64,000 bases of DNA. Origin: Octopus sinensis. Lineage: Eukaryota. Below are positions 13,035 to 26,345 of the stretch, piece by piece. The notes under the pieces were generated by a model. It was not told the origin of the DNA. It was given only the letters and a program-made list of their open reading frames with translations, and did not search any database. The first letter of the stretch is position 1. Each line of letters starts with the position of its first letter. Position numbers and translations under genes: made by a program. Location of the stretch: positions 38,874,001 through 38,938,000 of the forward strand of contig NC_043001.1 of assembly GCF_006345805.1 (NCBI RefSeq), written 5' to 3'.

Positions 13035-13370
13035 CATAACTAAAAAGAAGAATTACATCAGGTTGTATAAAGGCAACTTAAAAAAATGCCACACTGAACA
13101 CCTATGTTTTTCCGGCACATAGACAAAACTAAAGCTGCTCAGTCAGCTGGCCATATACGGGTTTTAAGACATACTCCACACCACATACAATCAAGTGGAA
13201 AACTATAGAAAAATCCATGTCATATGTTAATGGATAAAACAAATGCAAGTTATGCAGTTTTACACATCCTTTTTAGATCTAAAACTTCCACCACACTGTT
13301 GAATTCCAGATCAGAAATTTTCAGCAAATGTAAACATATGGCAAAGTTTCTTTTGGCAAACTGGAGAATA
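13035..13370 (+). mobile_element. Penelope-like GIY-YIG C-terminal fragment
   Basis: Frameshifted TIKWKTIEKSMSYVNG.NKCKLC and LLNSRSEIFSKCKHMAKFLLAN, similar to 61958-62248. Confidence 0.75.
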
Positions 13371-14109
13371 CCAACCTCACCAGACTGAGAAGCTGTTTTG
13401 CACACTTTAGACCCCTTCCATTGATTCTGCCCCATCTAGCCTTATGATTCTACAGTTAAAAGGGGGATGTAACTAATTCTTTTTTGCCTTTCTTTTTCCA
13501 TTTTTTTCACCAAACATAGGCATACTTTAAAACTTGACAAGATAATATCTTCAGTATATAAAACTATATACTGCGTACATTAAACAACATACATATATAT
13601 ATGATATATATATATACAAGCATTAAACCAATAACATAGTTATCAAACTTTCTTTCTTCTGGCGTTGACCTTTTTAACGTTTATTTTCTTTAAACTATAT
13701 ATGTTTGTGTGTGCAAGTGTGTGTGAGTGTAGACTCACTATATTTTTTAGATTGAAACCAGGATTATAGGAACTGAAACTTGGGACAGTGGAAATACCAT
13801 GAATGATGAAGAGTTACAGCATATGGGATGGGTGTTAAAGAAGAGTGGGCCATCGGGAGGACTTTTCACTGCAACTGTATTAACATAACTGCCTATTTTG
13901 TTCTTATATGAAGGCAATTCCTAGCAAGTACGCAAGTGATACATGTGAACTGGTAAGATTGATCTTTCTCACTTAGAAGGTTGAACAGCTGGGTATGAGA
14001 CAAAGGGACAGGAATCAGATGTACAAAGCTGCTAGTTCCGTACCTGATAGAATCAGTGTATACAATTATCTGTCTCTATTGACAAGTAACATCTTATTCA
14101 ACTGCCAAC

Positions 14110-15500
14110 TGTTCTTTTGGAAATATTTTCATGAGAAATTTGATATTTTAAATTTTATCAAAAATATCTGAGCAGCTTAGGTGAGTGTTTATTTTAGTAA
14201 TTAGAAAACCACTGACCTCTTTTCTGACCACATATGCACTGGTGCAGAAGTACTATGTAGATAGTGAATGAATACTACAGCACTAAGATTTTCTCTTAGC
14301 AATGAGCAAATAATTTGGCCACTATTTTACATGCATAAAGTTTTGTGTTGCCCAAACTTCTGCTTTAGAAGCTCAAAGACTTTGCAATAACAGCCACATC
14401 AAATAACTGACCAATGTTTACTACTTGGTTTTCAATCCTTTGATTTTAACTGTAGACTGTTGAACAATTGGCCAAAATATCTACCCACAACAGTCTTCTG
14501 CTGGTTTAAAGTTCTCTTTCCATAGGTTAGGTATGGGAGACATCTTTCATAAAACCTTTTACACTCTTTCTTCACTTTTCCAATGCTTTTCCTAATTTTT
14601 TGTCCTGGTTTCTCTGCAAAACCTTTCCATTTTGAGGTACAAATTCAGAGTTTTTTCTCCTGCTACTTAGTATTGTACTCCTGTTTCTTGAAAAAATTGA
14701 GCTATCCATATTCAAACTAAAAACATATCTTTCTGTTTTGCCAGTCTCAGCACAATTCTGCTAGAACAATTGTGAAGAATTATTTCAACTGCTGATATAT
14801 TACCATGTGGTCTCATGTTTTTGTATCCCACACTGGCAAAGTCACAAAATTCTTTTAGAGACATTAAATGACCTGTATATATAAGAAAATATTTTAATAT
14901 TTTCAGGAGTTATTTGATATTAATTGGTATGAAGTTGTACACAATATGTACACCTCAGCTTCAGTTAATGCCAATATAGCACCTTCCAAATTTTGCATAA
15001 AAATTTACAGGTTCCCATTTTGTCAGGACTAGCAACAACTTTGGCTAAAATGTGTGGAGATCATCTTTCATATAGTCAGATGTTTTGAAATTCAAGTCAT
15101 GTGAAACAGTATGAAAAGCAAAATTAACTTCTTCAGCAGCCACTTTTGGTGAGATACTTGCAAGACAAATTAAATCAAACAAGCTTTGCAGTGTTTCTGC
15201 CTTTCTCATGGAAAATGTATGTAATAAAAGGCCTAATTTTAACAATTATAAATACTTGAACATGTCATAGTTCAGAGAATGCCATTGTTTGTCTCAACAC
15301 AAGAATCTCAGTCACTAGTTAGTTTCTCCAGGGACAATCTGGTTTTCCAATGGTCATCTGTTTCCTTCATTTTTGAAACAGAGGGAACAATTCTAAATAT
15401 TTGGACTTTTTCCGTGTGTATGAATGAAGTACAAGATTTTAATTTCAAGTTACAACAGGGTTCCTGCTACAAGTGTTTCATTATGGTTTAGTAAGACTAA
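14110..15500 (-). mobile_element. Highly decayed hAT transposase
   Basis: KVAAEEVNFAFHTVSHDLNF, LKEFCDFASVGYK, KECKRFYERCLPYL and STSAPV..MWSEKR fragments in the expected order. Confidence 0.65.
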
Positions 15501-15908
15501 TTAGCACCAATGTCTTGCACCTTTCTGTCAAATAATAAAGATAGTAACAAATAAATATTTCAAGATTATTAAAAACTGGGACAGACTTTCAAATTGGCTG
15601 GAAAGCCAGAACAAGGAGTTAAAATAGGATAATTTAGGTCAAACCAACAAATAAATATTGTCTACAAATATATGAAGTACTTCATCATCATTTTAATGTC
15701 CACATTTCCATGCTAACATGAGTGAGAAAGAATTCACCGAGACAGATTTTCTCTGATTGGATTGCACTCTTTTCCCCAACCTTCCCTTGATTCCAAGAAT
15801 GTTGTTTTCTGCATGACAAGACATGTTTTTATGGATGATTGGAAATGAGCAACACCAAATGTATGATGGTGACACATTCATGAGTAATGTGCAAGGTTGA
15901 GACAAGGA

Positions 15909-15950
<42 letters not shown>

Positions 15951-16444
15951 TCACAGTATATAGTTTATATATCCCTGCACATTTTTTCTCTCTCCATTTT
16001 CTTCCTCTCAATATTTTCTGTCAAAGAGCATGAGCTTGAAACATCAAAGACTTTTCCATTCTTCCTGAGCGTTAAATTCATACATCTACTTGTTGTTCCC
16101 TCAGCTGTCTTCCTCTTTTGTTTTCTGTAAATTTGAAATATTATATATCCATCGTGGCCAATCTTACAAATTGGTTTTGCACTGGGGTTCAGTAGGATGT
16201 CAGATAAAAGCCTGACTCTTCTAAGTTGGCAGATATGTAAGAAAATATGGTGACTGTTTTTCAAATTTTCTTCCATACCAAACAACTCTGAAGAGTACAG
16301 GGTAACATAATCAATATACTGCATATTTTTTGTGATTTGTGGTGGGTTTGTGTAAGTAGGTAGATAGAGAAACAGATAAACTGACACACACAAACAGGCA
16401 GATAGTTAAACACATTTACACATATATATATATATCCTCACCAC

Positions 16445-16872
16445 TATCCTCACTGCCCTTGCCAGAGCATATTCTGTGGACCATGCATCTGCTCTCTCCC
16501 CCTGCACCCGCCCCACTGTCTCCCGTTTCTCCTCACCTACCACCCCACCATCCTACCTCTCCAACGCACCATTCTCCAAGCCTTCCGGTGACTCCAGTCT
16601 GACCCCTCCACTTCGCACATCTTCCCTAACTGACCCCTCCCCTCCTTCAAATGAGCCCACAACCTACAAGACCTCTTGGTCCACAGCTTCTTCCCTAACT
16701 CAACCCCCCAACCCAGCTCATTACCCTGCTCCCGCCCATGCCCTTACCTCTCCAACACAACGCTCCTCACCAGCACCCATCATCAACACTATCATATCAC
16801 CGACTCCTTCACCTGCATTTCTACCAATTTCTACTGTATCTCCTGCTCTCTCTGCCCTTCTCTATATATCTG
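16445..16872 (+). mobile_element. Penelope-like (Poseidon-type) fragment ending in the GIY-YIG domain
   Basis: PFLLTYHPTILPLQRTILQAF..LQSDPSTSHIFP..HNLQDLLVHS, then HITDSFTCISTNFYCISCSLCPSLYI. Confidence 0.8.
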
Positions 16873-17850
16873 CTAACCTAGAAAAAGCCTTTGATTTATT
16901 CTCTCATACTGCGATAGAGTGGTCTCTGGGGAAGTTAGAGGTAGATGAACAGCTGGTGAAAGCCATACAAGTTATGTACAGGGGAGCTATCAGTAAAGTG
17001 AGAGTTAACCAGGAGATCAGCAATGGATTTAGAGTATAGGTAAGAGTTCACCAGAGCTTGGTTTTCAGTCCCCTCATATTTCATATATTGCACCCCCAGG
17101 CCATAGTAGAGACTGGATCTCCCTGGGGAACTACTATAGGCTAATGGTCTCATTTCTCAGAGCAAGAATATAGACAAGACACTATTCCCTTCAGGTAAAT
17201 GATCCTGCCTGATATGCAAGAAAAGTATAGGCAGGAATTCCATACAGTGCACCCAGACAGGTTATAGACACACAAGTGGAGCAGTGGAATCACAGGATGG
17301 CTAATGGGGAAGGCTTGTATGTGGAAGATACACAGTAGCCATAAACACTAAGAGTATATATCCCTGAAGGTAGTAGATAGTTTTTATAAATTAGATGACC
17401 TAATTAGCAGTGGTGGAGGCTGTTCTGAAAATACAGTTGCTAGAACAATAGGATGAATAAAGTGCAGAGAAATACTGGTTCTGTTTGCAACAAAAGGTTG
17501 CTCTCTCTCTCTCTCTCTCTCTCCCTGAATGAAAAGTAGATTGTTTAATGCTTCACTATGAACAACAATGTTAAATGGTGGTGAGATATGGACTCTGAAT
17601 ATAGAGGACATGCAAAGACTACAGAGGAATGAAACTAGTATGCTCCATTGGATGTGCAATGTCAGTTTTCATGTACAGCAAATTGGCATACAAAGAATCA
17701 AATGTAACATGTAAAAATGAAGACTGCACTGGTTTGGTTATGTGATGTATATGGATGAGAACAGTTGCATAAAGAAATGCTGGTCATTTAAAGTGGATGG
17801 AACTTGTTGAAAAGGGTGACATAGGAAGACAAAGAACTGAATGATTGGTG
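16873..17850 (+). mobile_element. RTE LINE reverse-transcriptase fragment, decayed
   Basis: NLEKAFD..WSLGKLEVDEQLVKAIQVMYRGAISKVRV..VRVHQSLVFSPLIF, followed by more RTE-like sequence. Confidence 0.85.
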
Positions 17851-20134
17851 ATTCATTATACTTGAGAAGATCCATCCATCACAGCAAATATAAGGTCCTA
17901 AGATCACCTTGATTATGCTTGCTTGTGCTGGGCCCTGTCAAACATCCTCACATCTCAGCTCCCCAACATCAATCCCTCCTTGATATTATAACATCCCCTA
18001 ACACTATGTGTTACCAATTATGGCCTTCCCTCAGCTTCCATCTTTCCTTCTAATTATTGTCTCTTTCAACAAGCATCCGTTCCCCAGCTCTTCTCTGCCA
18101 TAAATCAATAAATAAGGAGTTAATAGCTTTTAAAGTTTGCAAATTTGGAGTAATTTTAGCCAATCAAAAGCCAAAGATAAATATAGGAGCCTGTTTCCAT
18201 AGTAACCAGCCAAGCTGTTAACTCATGCAGTCATTTTCTGTTTATTAAATGGTAGTCATAAGACGTGCTAAAAATAATAACTAAATAGGCCTTAAATCAT
18301 GCACCCTATTTTTCTTTCCATTTTTGCATAATTGTATGAATTCCTGTGTGTAGAATACAAATTCACAAAAAGTTTCTGAAAATTCCAAAATATAAAAAAT
18401 TTATGAGGGTTCTTATGGTGTGCATAAAGCAGAATTTCGTCAATATTTCATTTGTTTACAGTTGACATCACGTGCTGGAACATACAAAATTATAGCTTCC
18501 AAATTCTGTTTTATGACTGGATAAAAATGATGAAACTTTAAACTTCTATAACTTTTTTTTTTTTAATTTCTGGAAAAGGTGAATTAGCCCCTGAGATTCA
18601 GTGTGGAGAATTGCATCAATACACCAAATTTTAAAATTTTCAATAAACTTTAAAATTACCATAGAAAAGACTCCAGCTCAATCTGAATGTATACCTCACA
18701 GCACTATCATAAATCTACAAACTGTAAATAAAGTAAAATCTATTAACACATCTGTTTCAAGATGCACAATTTGTACAAGCAGTATCAGCAAATGTCAAAG
18801 CACACATACCATCACCACCATCAAAACTCCACCCCCACTAGGTAATAATTAAACTTTACAGCTTCCACATACATAACCAGGAATCCTAAAATCTGTCAGT
18901 ATTCTCAACGTGACATTGTAGAAAAATGGAGAGCTTCTGATGTTGTTTTTCATTCTAGTATGCTACAAGTGTTGATGCTAACACAACTTATTCTGTCTTC
19001 ACCTGTGTCTATAGCATCAAATGAGCAAACATCCAGCACATTCACCATTTGAAGAACTGGATCTGTACCACAATGACACAGCACCATGTAGCACATAGTG
19101 CCATAATGCATAATAAAAATGTATTGCACATCCTTGTAGAAAGTTTCATTACAAAAACGAGTGCACGCAGAAAAGTTTTTGGAATGCTTTGAGACACTTT
19201 TCCATGTGCACGAATGTGGGATGAAATTTTCATAGGCTGACTATAAAAGAGTGATGCAAGAGCTGTGAAATCTTGCTTGCATTAATTTCAATTCTCCTAT
19301 TTAATAAATGCATTGTTTCTTTCCAGATATAATGATATCTGACTGTCCGTAGAAAACTTCAAAAGTAACTATTAGCAACTTCTCTGGAAAACAGACAAAA
19401 TTTGGCATCGTGCTGTAATCAAGTACCTGCAGGGAAAGGTTTTAGCACTCAAGGACATTCATGCCGACGTTATTCATGTAGACATGATACATTAAGGGTT
19501 GACACTCCTGCCTTATTGTCAGTACAAAAGTGGCAGCTAAATTTAGCAAGGGAAGAGATAGTCTTCAGAAAAATCATGGTTTGGATGTCCTGCAGCTACT
19601 GCTGCCACCACGGAAAACATTGTGTTCATCACATAATGATGAATGATTGGCGATTGACTATAACTTAAATACCCAGTGCTATTAGCATATCCTGTCTGAG
19701 AGTTGAGACTATTCTGCAAAATGAACATAGCATGATGAAGGTTTCTGCTCGCTGAGTGTCACATGTTCTGACACCTGATCAAAAATGCACCAGGTTGATC
19801 ACATGAGAACATCTGACACTGAGGTGGATCCAGCATGTTTCCTTGATTGTTTCCTAACCCAGGATGTTTTTGGGTTCATCACATTGAGCCAGAGATAAGA
19901 AGCAATCCATGCAAGTGGAAAGAAACACCTCTCTTCACCTGCTCCACTGAAGGACAAGGTTGTTTCATCTACAGAGAAGGTGATGGCCCAGATTTTTTGG
20001 AATATAAAAGACATTGTGCTTATTGACTGTCTTCATAAGGGTCACACTTTCAATGGAGAGTGCTATGCCAACTTGCTAAGGCAGTTACGAAAGGCTACTA
20101 AGACCAAACGCCCAGGAAAACTGATGAAGAGGGC

Positions 20135-20375
20135 TGTTGTGCATTCTTTCATTCATGATGGGATGATAGACAACTTACTGAAGGCATTGTTATTGTTTTA
20201 CGTGTTTATTTTGCTTAACCTGTTTACAAGCTGTCAATATACCACGGAGTGATACACATTGTGCGCATCTGCCCTAGACGCAGTTCACACTGTTTACTAA
20301 CAAATTGTGCCAATAGTGGGGATGCACTCATACATACGCATACCTACGTATACACATAGATATGAATGTGTAACA
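20135..20375 (-). repeat. 3' LTR (241 bp), preceded on the minus strand by PPT aagaagggg (20376-20384)
   Basis: 21 substitutions and no indels versus 24714-24954, by manual alignment. Confidence 0.97.
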
Positions 20376-20779
20376 CCCCTTCTTGAAAAAAAAATAAAGG
20401 GGTCTTTGGCAGTGAAGAAAAAATATAAGTAATCTCCCTTACTCTAATGGATTGTCAGTGCAAGGGTGGCAATCCTGCAGCAGAAACCGTGAGATTATTC
20501 TGCCCAATCACGTGGATTTTAGCTTTGTAATCTAGCAGAATTAGTTAAATCCTTAAATCCTTAAAAATGTTTTAGCCCGAAGGCCGCAGCCATGCTGGGG
20601 CACCATTTTCTTTTTCTTTTTTCTCTTTAACGGTATCGAACCGGTGGTAAAATGTTAGATCTCCATCTGGTGTATCTTATGCTCCACACTGGTGTCTGAG
20701 GTGTGTTGTTGGGCTGCTGATGAGTGATTGGTGCCCATTGGGGTGATGATTCTGTAGGTGTTGTCACTGATGTGGTAGG

Positions 20780-23760
20780 TGTTGTACATGTTATCCTCGA
20801 CAGCTTTGGTGCTGGGCAGATGTGGCCCTGTTGTGTCTCAGCTGCCTACCAGGTTCCATTTCTATAATATACGATCTTGGAGTTTCAGCTCTACTGACAA
20901 CTTGTGCTGGGATCCATGTTTTGGTTATAGGATCTTGAGTATGCACATGTTGTCCTCCAAGTATCTCAGGTAAGTATTGTGCATGTTTGTTGTAATATTT
21001 CTGTGATTGTTCTTGAGTGGCTACTAGCTTTGCCCTTGTCTCTTCCTGGTCAATAGGAGGTTGGATCTTGGTTGGTAGGGTAGTTTTGTACTTCCTGCCA
21101 TTCAGCAATTCTGCTGGGGATTTCATGTCAGCTCTCAGTGGTGTCGCTCGTAGGGACAGAAGTACCAGGTGTGGGTCTTCCTTAGTCTCTCAGCATTTGA
21201 CTAGTGTTCTCTTCACTGTCTGCACTTGTCTTTCTATAAACTCATGACCTTTGGGGTAGTGTGGAGATGAGGTTGTAATATTGAACCCATACTCATCAGC
21301 TAGTGTTTTGAATTCTTGCGATGTGAACTGGGTTCCATTGTCACATATGATCTGCTCTAGTATTCCTTGCTCTGCTAGAACTCCTCGAGCCACTGTAGTT
21401 ATTGTTTTGGCTCTCAGGTCTATCACTTTTCTCACAAATGGAAATTTGAAGTAGTAGCAGATCATAATCAAATACCATTCTTGGCTCTCTGTGAACAGAT
21501 CTACTCCAATAGCTTGCCATGGCCTTCTTAGGATGTCACTGGGTATCATTTCCTCCTTTTGTTGTGAGTTTCTGTACTTTTGACAAATATGGCGTGTAGA
21601 AACTATCTTTTCTACGTCTTTGTACATGCCTACCCAATATACAGCTGACTTGGCTCGGAGCTTGCATTTTTCCATTCCTAGATGCTCTTGGTGGATCTTG
21701 TCAAGAATCTCTTTTTGCATTGATTTGGGTATAATTATTCAGGATACAGCCATCAGGATTCAATTCTCCACTGATATATCATCATGGATGGCCCAATATT
21801 AACGAATGAGGGGCTGCACCTGATGTCTCTTTTCTGGCCACCCCTGAATCACCATCTGAATAAGGAGCTGAAGTTCTTCCTCTCTGCTGGTCTCCTCTTT
21901 TATTTGTGCTAGCTTTGTGTTTGTTACATTTACCATGTGGTGGGCCTTTACGTTTAGTCCTTCCATCTCCTATTTATCATGTGAGGATGGTCTGGAAAGA
22001 GCATCTGCCAATATCAGGTCTTTTCCTGGCTTGTACCTGATATCGTAGTTGTACTTTTGGAGCCTCAACAGTAATCTTTGCAGTCTGACTGGTGCTTTCG
22101 TGAAGTTTTCTCTGTGTATTTGTTCTAGTGGGCGATTTTCTGATTCAATATTGAAATGTCTGCCATACAGGTATGTATGGAACATTTCACAGACATATAC
22201 TAATGCCAGGAGTTCGCTTTCAATATTTGCATACCTTGTCTCTGTGGGTGAGAGAGCTTTCGAGGCATATGCAATGGGTTTACCTTCCTGTATCAATGCT
22301 GTACCAACTCCTCTCATAGAAGCATCGACTTGGAGTGTTACTGGTTTGCGTCTGTCGTAGTACTGCAGAGTTTTCTCCTTACTGATAAACTTTTTGATTG
22401 CTTGGAAATCCTATGTGTGTGTGTGAAGCACACCAAACTCTACGTCATCTTTGTTTAGTTCTCGGAGATTTGCAGTGTGATCAGCCAGCTTGGGTATGAA
22501 GGCTCCCATGTAGTGGATGAGTCCCAGGAAGCTCCTGAGTTCCTTCTTATCTTTGGGTTCTTTGATGTCTCAGATGGCTTCCACTTTAGCGGGGCCTGGT
22601 TTCACGCCCTCTGCAGAGTATATAATTCCAAAGAATTTGCACTCCTTTGCTTTTATCACACGCTTATCTGCATTGAGTTTGATACCTGCTTGTCGGGTTT
22701 TCTCCATGGCTTCATGTAAATTGAAGTCATGTGTGATTTCATCCTTGCCATGCACTTGGATGTCGTCTGCTATGCCAAATGCTCCCTTGCTGCCTTGGTA
22801 GGTCTCATCTATTTGGCACTGGAAAAAATCTTGGCTCACCTTCAATCAAAATGGGAGTCGGTTGAATCGGTATCTGCCTTGCCTATCTTTACATTCCAGT
22901 ACCCATTACTGGCATCCAGTTTGCTGAATATCTTGGATCCAGCTAATGATGGTGTGATTTCTTCAAGGGTTGGAATTGGATGGTACTCTCTTTGTTCAGG
23001 TCCCTTGGGTCGAGGCATATCCGTAGGGTACCACTGGGTTTTTCTTTGATTACAATTGAATTCACCCAGTCTGTTGGTTGTGTCACTTTGGTGATTATTT
23101 CTCTTTTTTCCATTCTGTCCAACTCAGCCTTCAGCTTCTCTTTTAATTCTTGAGGAACGTGGCGAGGTGGGTGAACAATTGGTTTGGCATTGGGGTCGAT
23201 GTTATACGGTATCGACATTTCACCAAACACCCGACTGTATCATCAAAGCATTCTGGGTACATGCTTATCAGTTCTATATTTGTGATTAATGGTCGGTCTT
23301 TGATAGGCATATCTCTGTCAATCCTGCTTGGAGCTGCCTTCACTTCACCATTGATTGACACAATATTAAGCTTTTGACAGGTATTAAGTCCATTAATTGG
23401 TGGTCCTTCTGTTCTTGTGACATAAAAAGAACACTTGATTATTTTTCCTTTGTGTGTCCCTGTGATTGTTGTTTTGCCCAGTTGTGGAATCTTGGCACCT
23501 CCGTATGCAGTGAGGATTACATCACTTGGTGTGAGGATTCCTTCTTTGACTTTATCCTCTCATGTCATGTATTCTGGGAACATCTTTTTGTAGAGGTTGA
23601 CAGGCAAGATATCACTCTGGGCTCCAGTGTCAATCTTTAGTCTTAAGTCAATGTTTATTCGTTTCTTGCCTGACTTCTTTTGTATTTGTATCATTGTGTA
23701 TGCCTCATTTTTTTTTCTGGTTGTCATTTCCCATCTCATGCACATTTATTGTGCCGACAG
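20780..23760 (-). pseudogene. pol: Gypsy pol (protease, RT, RNase H, integrase) with stops and frameshifts
   Basis: LKIDTGAQSDILP (protease), LRICLDPRDLN and GIADDIQV (RT), GVGTALIQEGKPIAYASKAL (RNase H), HQEHLGMEKC..ICDNGTQF..FIERQVQTVK (integrase). Confidence 0.95.
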
Positions 23761-24604
23761 CCAAGAATTCCACCTCTGAGGTGTTTTGTTCCTGTTGTTG
23801 GGCATGTATATCTCTTTGTTTTCTATTTCCGCTCCTCTTCGAAAATTGGGGCTTGTATTTCTGAGATTTTGTTAGTCTACATTTTTCCCCAGTAGTTAGG
23901 TTTTCCACATGCTTTGCAGTGTGTACCGAATGCAGGACATTTCTTCTGGTCATTGAACTCATGCTCTGTACCACAGTACTGGCAGGTTCTCTGTTTGTAG
24001 GTATGTTTCGTTCTATGTCTAGATACAATTTCTACACTGCTACCTATTGTGTTTGTTTGTAAAGTGAGAACATTTGTTTGGTAGTAACTTCGAATGCTCT
24101 TGCAGTGTCTACTGCTTCTATTAACTGGAGAGCGTCCTTACCTATGAGGGATTTCTGAACTTCTTTATGAGTACACCCCCATATTAGTTGATCAACAATC
24201 CTTTCATTCTTGTCTTTGAATTTGCATTTCTCAGCAACATTCTTTAGTCTGGACAGGAAGTTGTCAATTGTTTCTTGTGGGTCTTGTTTCCAGCCCTGGA
24301 ATTCGTATCTATGAATTCTATGGTTTGATCTGGGCTCTAGGTGCTTTTCAAATTTCTCAAAAAGTGTGTCTGGGTTATTGCAATCTGATTCTGACATGTC
24401 CCAGCTATTGAATTGGTCTAGGCCCTTCTCTCTCGTCCATAAAAGGATGTAGTTTACCTTTTCATTGACAGTTGTACCTTTCAGGAAGCTTTTGAAAGCC
24501 AGTTGAGTTTTCTGTTTGAATTTCTTGAATGCTTCCACGATATCATCGGCGTCCCAGTTCATGGTTGGATGTAGATTCATCTGTACAGCGACGGGTGTCG
24601 CCAT
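23761..24604 (-). pseudogene. gag: Gypsy gag (capsid ORF 24044-24604 plus frameshifted zinc-knuckle region)
   Basis: 186-aa ORF MATPVAVQMNLHPTMNWD..ERIVDQLIWGC, typical of K02A2.6-like Gypsy gag. Confidence 0.85.
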
Positions 24605-24700
24605 TTTGGATCCTCGTGTGTGTGTGTCTGAAGACGAAGCGATATTCAGTTTATTAAATTTCTGGTTTGTTGTAAAGGCACAGTTTCCGATTAATTATTT

Positions 24701-24713
24701 ACCGCTGCCACCA
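24701..24713 (-). promoter_or_regulatory. Primer-binding site complementary to the tRNA-Leu 3' end
   Basis: TGGTGGCAGCGGT directly abuts the 5' LTR; it is complementary to the ACCGCUGCCA-CCA end of tRNA-Leu(UAG/AAG). Confidence 0.85.
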
Positions 24714-24954
24714 TGTTATGCATTCTTTCGTTCGTGATGGCATGATAGACAACTCACTGAAGGCATTGTTATTGTTTTACGTGTTTATTTTGCTTAAGCT
24801 GTTTACAAACTGTCAATATACAGCAGAGTGATACTCATTGAGCGCATCCACCCTAGATGTAGTTCACACTGTTTACTAACAAATAGTGCCAATAGTGGAG
24901 ATGCACTCATACATATGCATACCTTTGTATACACATAGATATGAATGTGTAACA
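24714..24954 (-). repeat. 5' LTR (241 bp)
   Basis: About 91% identical to 20135-20375; TG..CA termini. Confidence 0.97.
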
Positions 24955-25910
24955 AGGGCCATGTTTCATCAGGAGAATGCTCTAGCACTCAGGTCCTGTT
25001 CAGTCGAACCTCATAATAAAAAAATTATTATTATTATACTTTTGTTTTGGTATTAAGAATGAAAAAGTCTCTCTTGTTCGTAAAAAAGTTTGGACCTTGG
25101 TTTCCACACCCCAAGCAAATTTAGTTCCTGATCACTGGATGTGTGTCTGAGCTAATGTATGCATATACAGACTTGAGATGGATATATTTCTGTATGTATG
25201 TGTGTCACACACATCCGTCTGAAGACTGCATACACATCATAGCAGAGTATCTCTAATGTACATATATGCATGCGCCGCGCACAAACACAATTTATAACTT
25301 CTAGGTGGATGTAAACACTTCATATATACATATATATATACCAGCAGTATAACCCAGGCTTGCCTGGGATTAAGTTACGATTATTAAACTAATCAAGTTC
25401 TTTATTTCAAACCAAACTAAGTAATATAGACGTCAAATGTGGGCGAAATCAACTACTCTGACCTCAAAACCCTTTTTGTGGTCCGTGAAACGGAGTGGGG
25501 TGTGGTGGAAGCCTCGCAAATTGTACCCATTTATATTGTGTAATTCACTAACAAATTATTACTCACCTCTTTGTTTTTATGTTGTTAAATAAATAGATTG
25601 TCAACAAAACACTTTTTTACTTGGCATAAAATAAAAACAAAACTCTTTCGCACCCAAAGTAATGTGTGTGAGAGGGGAGAGAAAGATGAACGATTTAAAA
25701 TAAGGGGCTAAATGCAACAGTAACACCCCACCACCCTGCCCTGTCCCTAGCCATATTCAGATGGCTTTAGTCCCTTATGTTATCGAGCAGTTACTGTCTA
25801 TATCTCTTTTAGAGAATTATTATTGCTGTCGAACAGATTTTCGAAATCAGCAAATGTATTTTGCTTGAAAATCTATATATGAATATCCTGCAGAGTGAGA
25901 TTTCGTCAAG

Positions 25911-25984
25911 GAAGCGGAGGCCTACCACACGTTGATGATAGGCAATACACCTTGAAACCATGGTCCGTGTGTGGTTTCCGCTTC
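25911..25984 (+). ncRNA. Type I hammerhead ribozyme motif, copy 1
   Basis: gaagcgga..cacacg-TTGATGA-t agg caataca cct t-GAAA-ccatgg-TC|-cgtgtg..tccgcttc; predicted GUC cleavage after 25965. Non-canonical U3 and a U-U pair at 10.1/11.1. Confidence 0.8.
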
Positions 25985-26271
25985 ATCGGGGAATTATCTC
26001 CCTTTGCAGGTTAAAGGACACCGTGACGGTGTCGGGCCTATCTGGCGACGTCGATGTTCGCCTGGGGCTAAATGCAGCAGTAACACCCCCACCACCCTGC
26101 CCTGTCCCTAGCCATATTCAGATGGCTTTAGTCCCTTATGTTATCGAGCAGTTACTGTCTATATCTCTTTTAGAGAATTATTATTGCTGTCAAACAGATT
26201 TTCGAAATCAGCAAATGTATTTTGCTTGAAAATCTATATATGAATATCCTGCAGAGTGAGATTTCGTCGAG

Positions 26272-26345
26272 GAAGCGGAGGCCTACCACACGTTGACGAT
26301 AGGCAATACACCTTGAAACCATGGTCCGTGTGTGGTTTCCGCTTC
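26272..26345 (+). ncRNA. Type I hammerhead ribozyme motif, copy 2
   Basis: Identical to copy 1 except core TTGACGA (N7 position); predicted cleavage after 26326. Confidence 0.8.

Larger units (their letters stand above)
20135..24954 (-). mobile_element. Full-length (4820 bp) Ty3/Gypsy LTR retrotransposon, Mag-like, with decayed gag-pol
   Basis: Two 241-bp TG..CA LTRs, AGGGC TSD (20130-20134 and 24955-24959), PBS and PPT; domain order gag, PR, RT, RH, INT. Confidence 0.97.
19385..25005 (+). mobile_element. Decayed mariner split by the Gypsy insertion (19385-20134 and 24955-25005)
   Basis: KIWHRAVIKYLQ..KVMAQIFWNIKDIVLIDCLHKGHTFNGECYANLLRQLRKATKTKRPGKLMK before the LTR, and MFHQENALA (the HQDNAP motif) right after the other LTR. 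Confidence 0.9.

Noticed and set aside
13751-13888. Exon-like open frame IETRIIGTETW...GWVLKKSG after an AG
   Set aside because: Phase is incompatible with the 11430-11530 candidate, there is no good donor, and the PH-domain resemblance is superficial.
15965-16393. 142-aa minus-strand ORF
   Set aside because: No recognisable domain; it begins in a microsatellite-like stretch, and one such ORF is expected by chance in 64 kb.
25215-25255. ctgaaga-ctgc..gcag hairpin
   Set aside because: Followed by agta rather than GAAA; no helix III or helix I.
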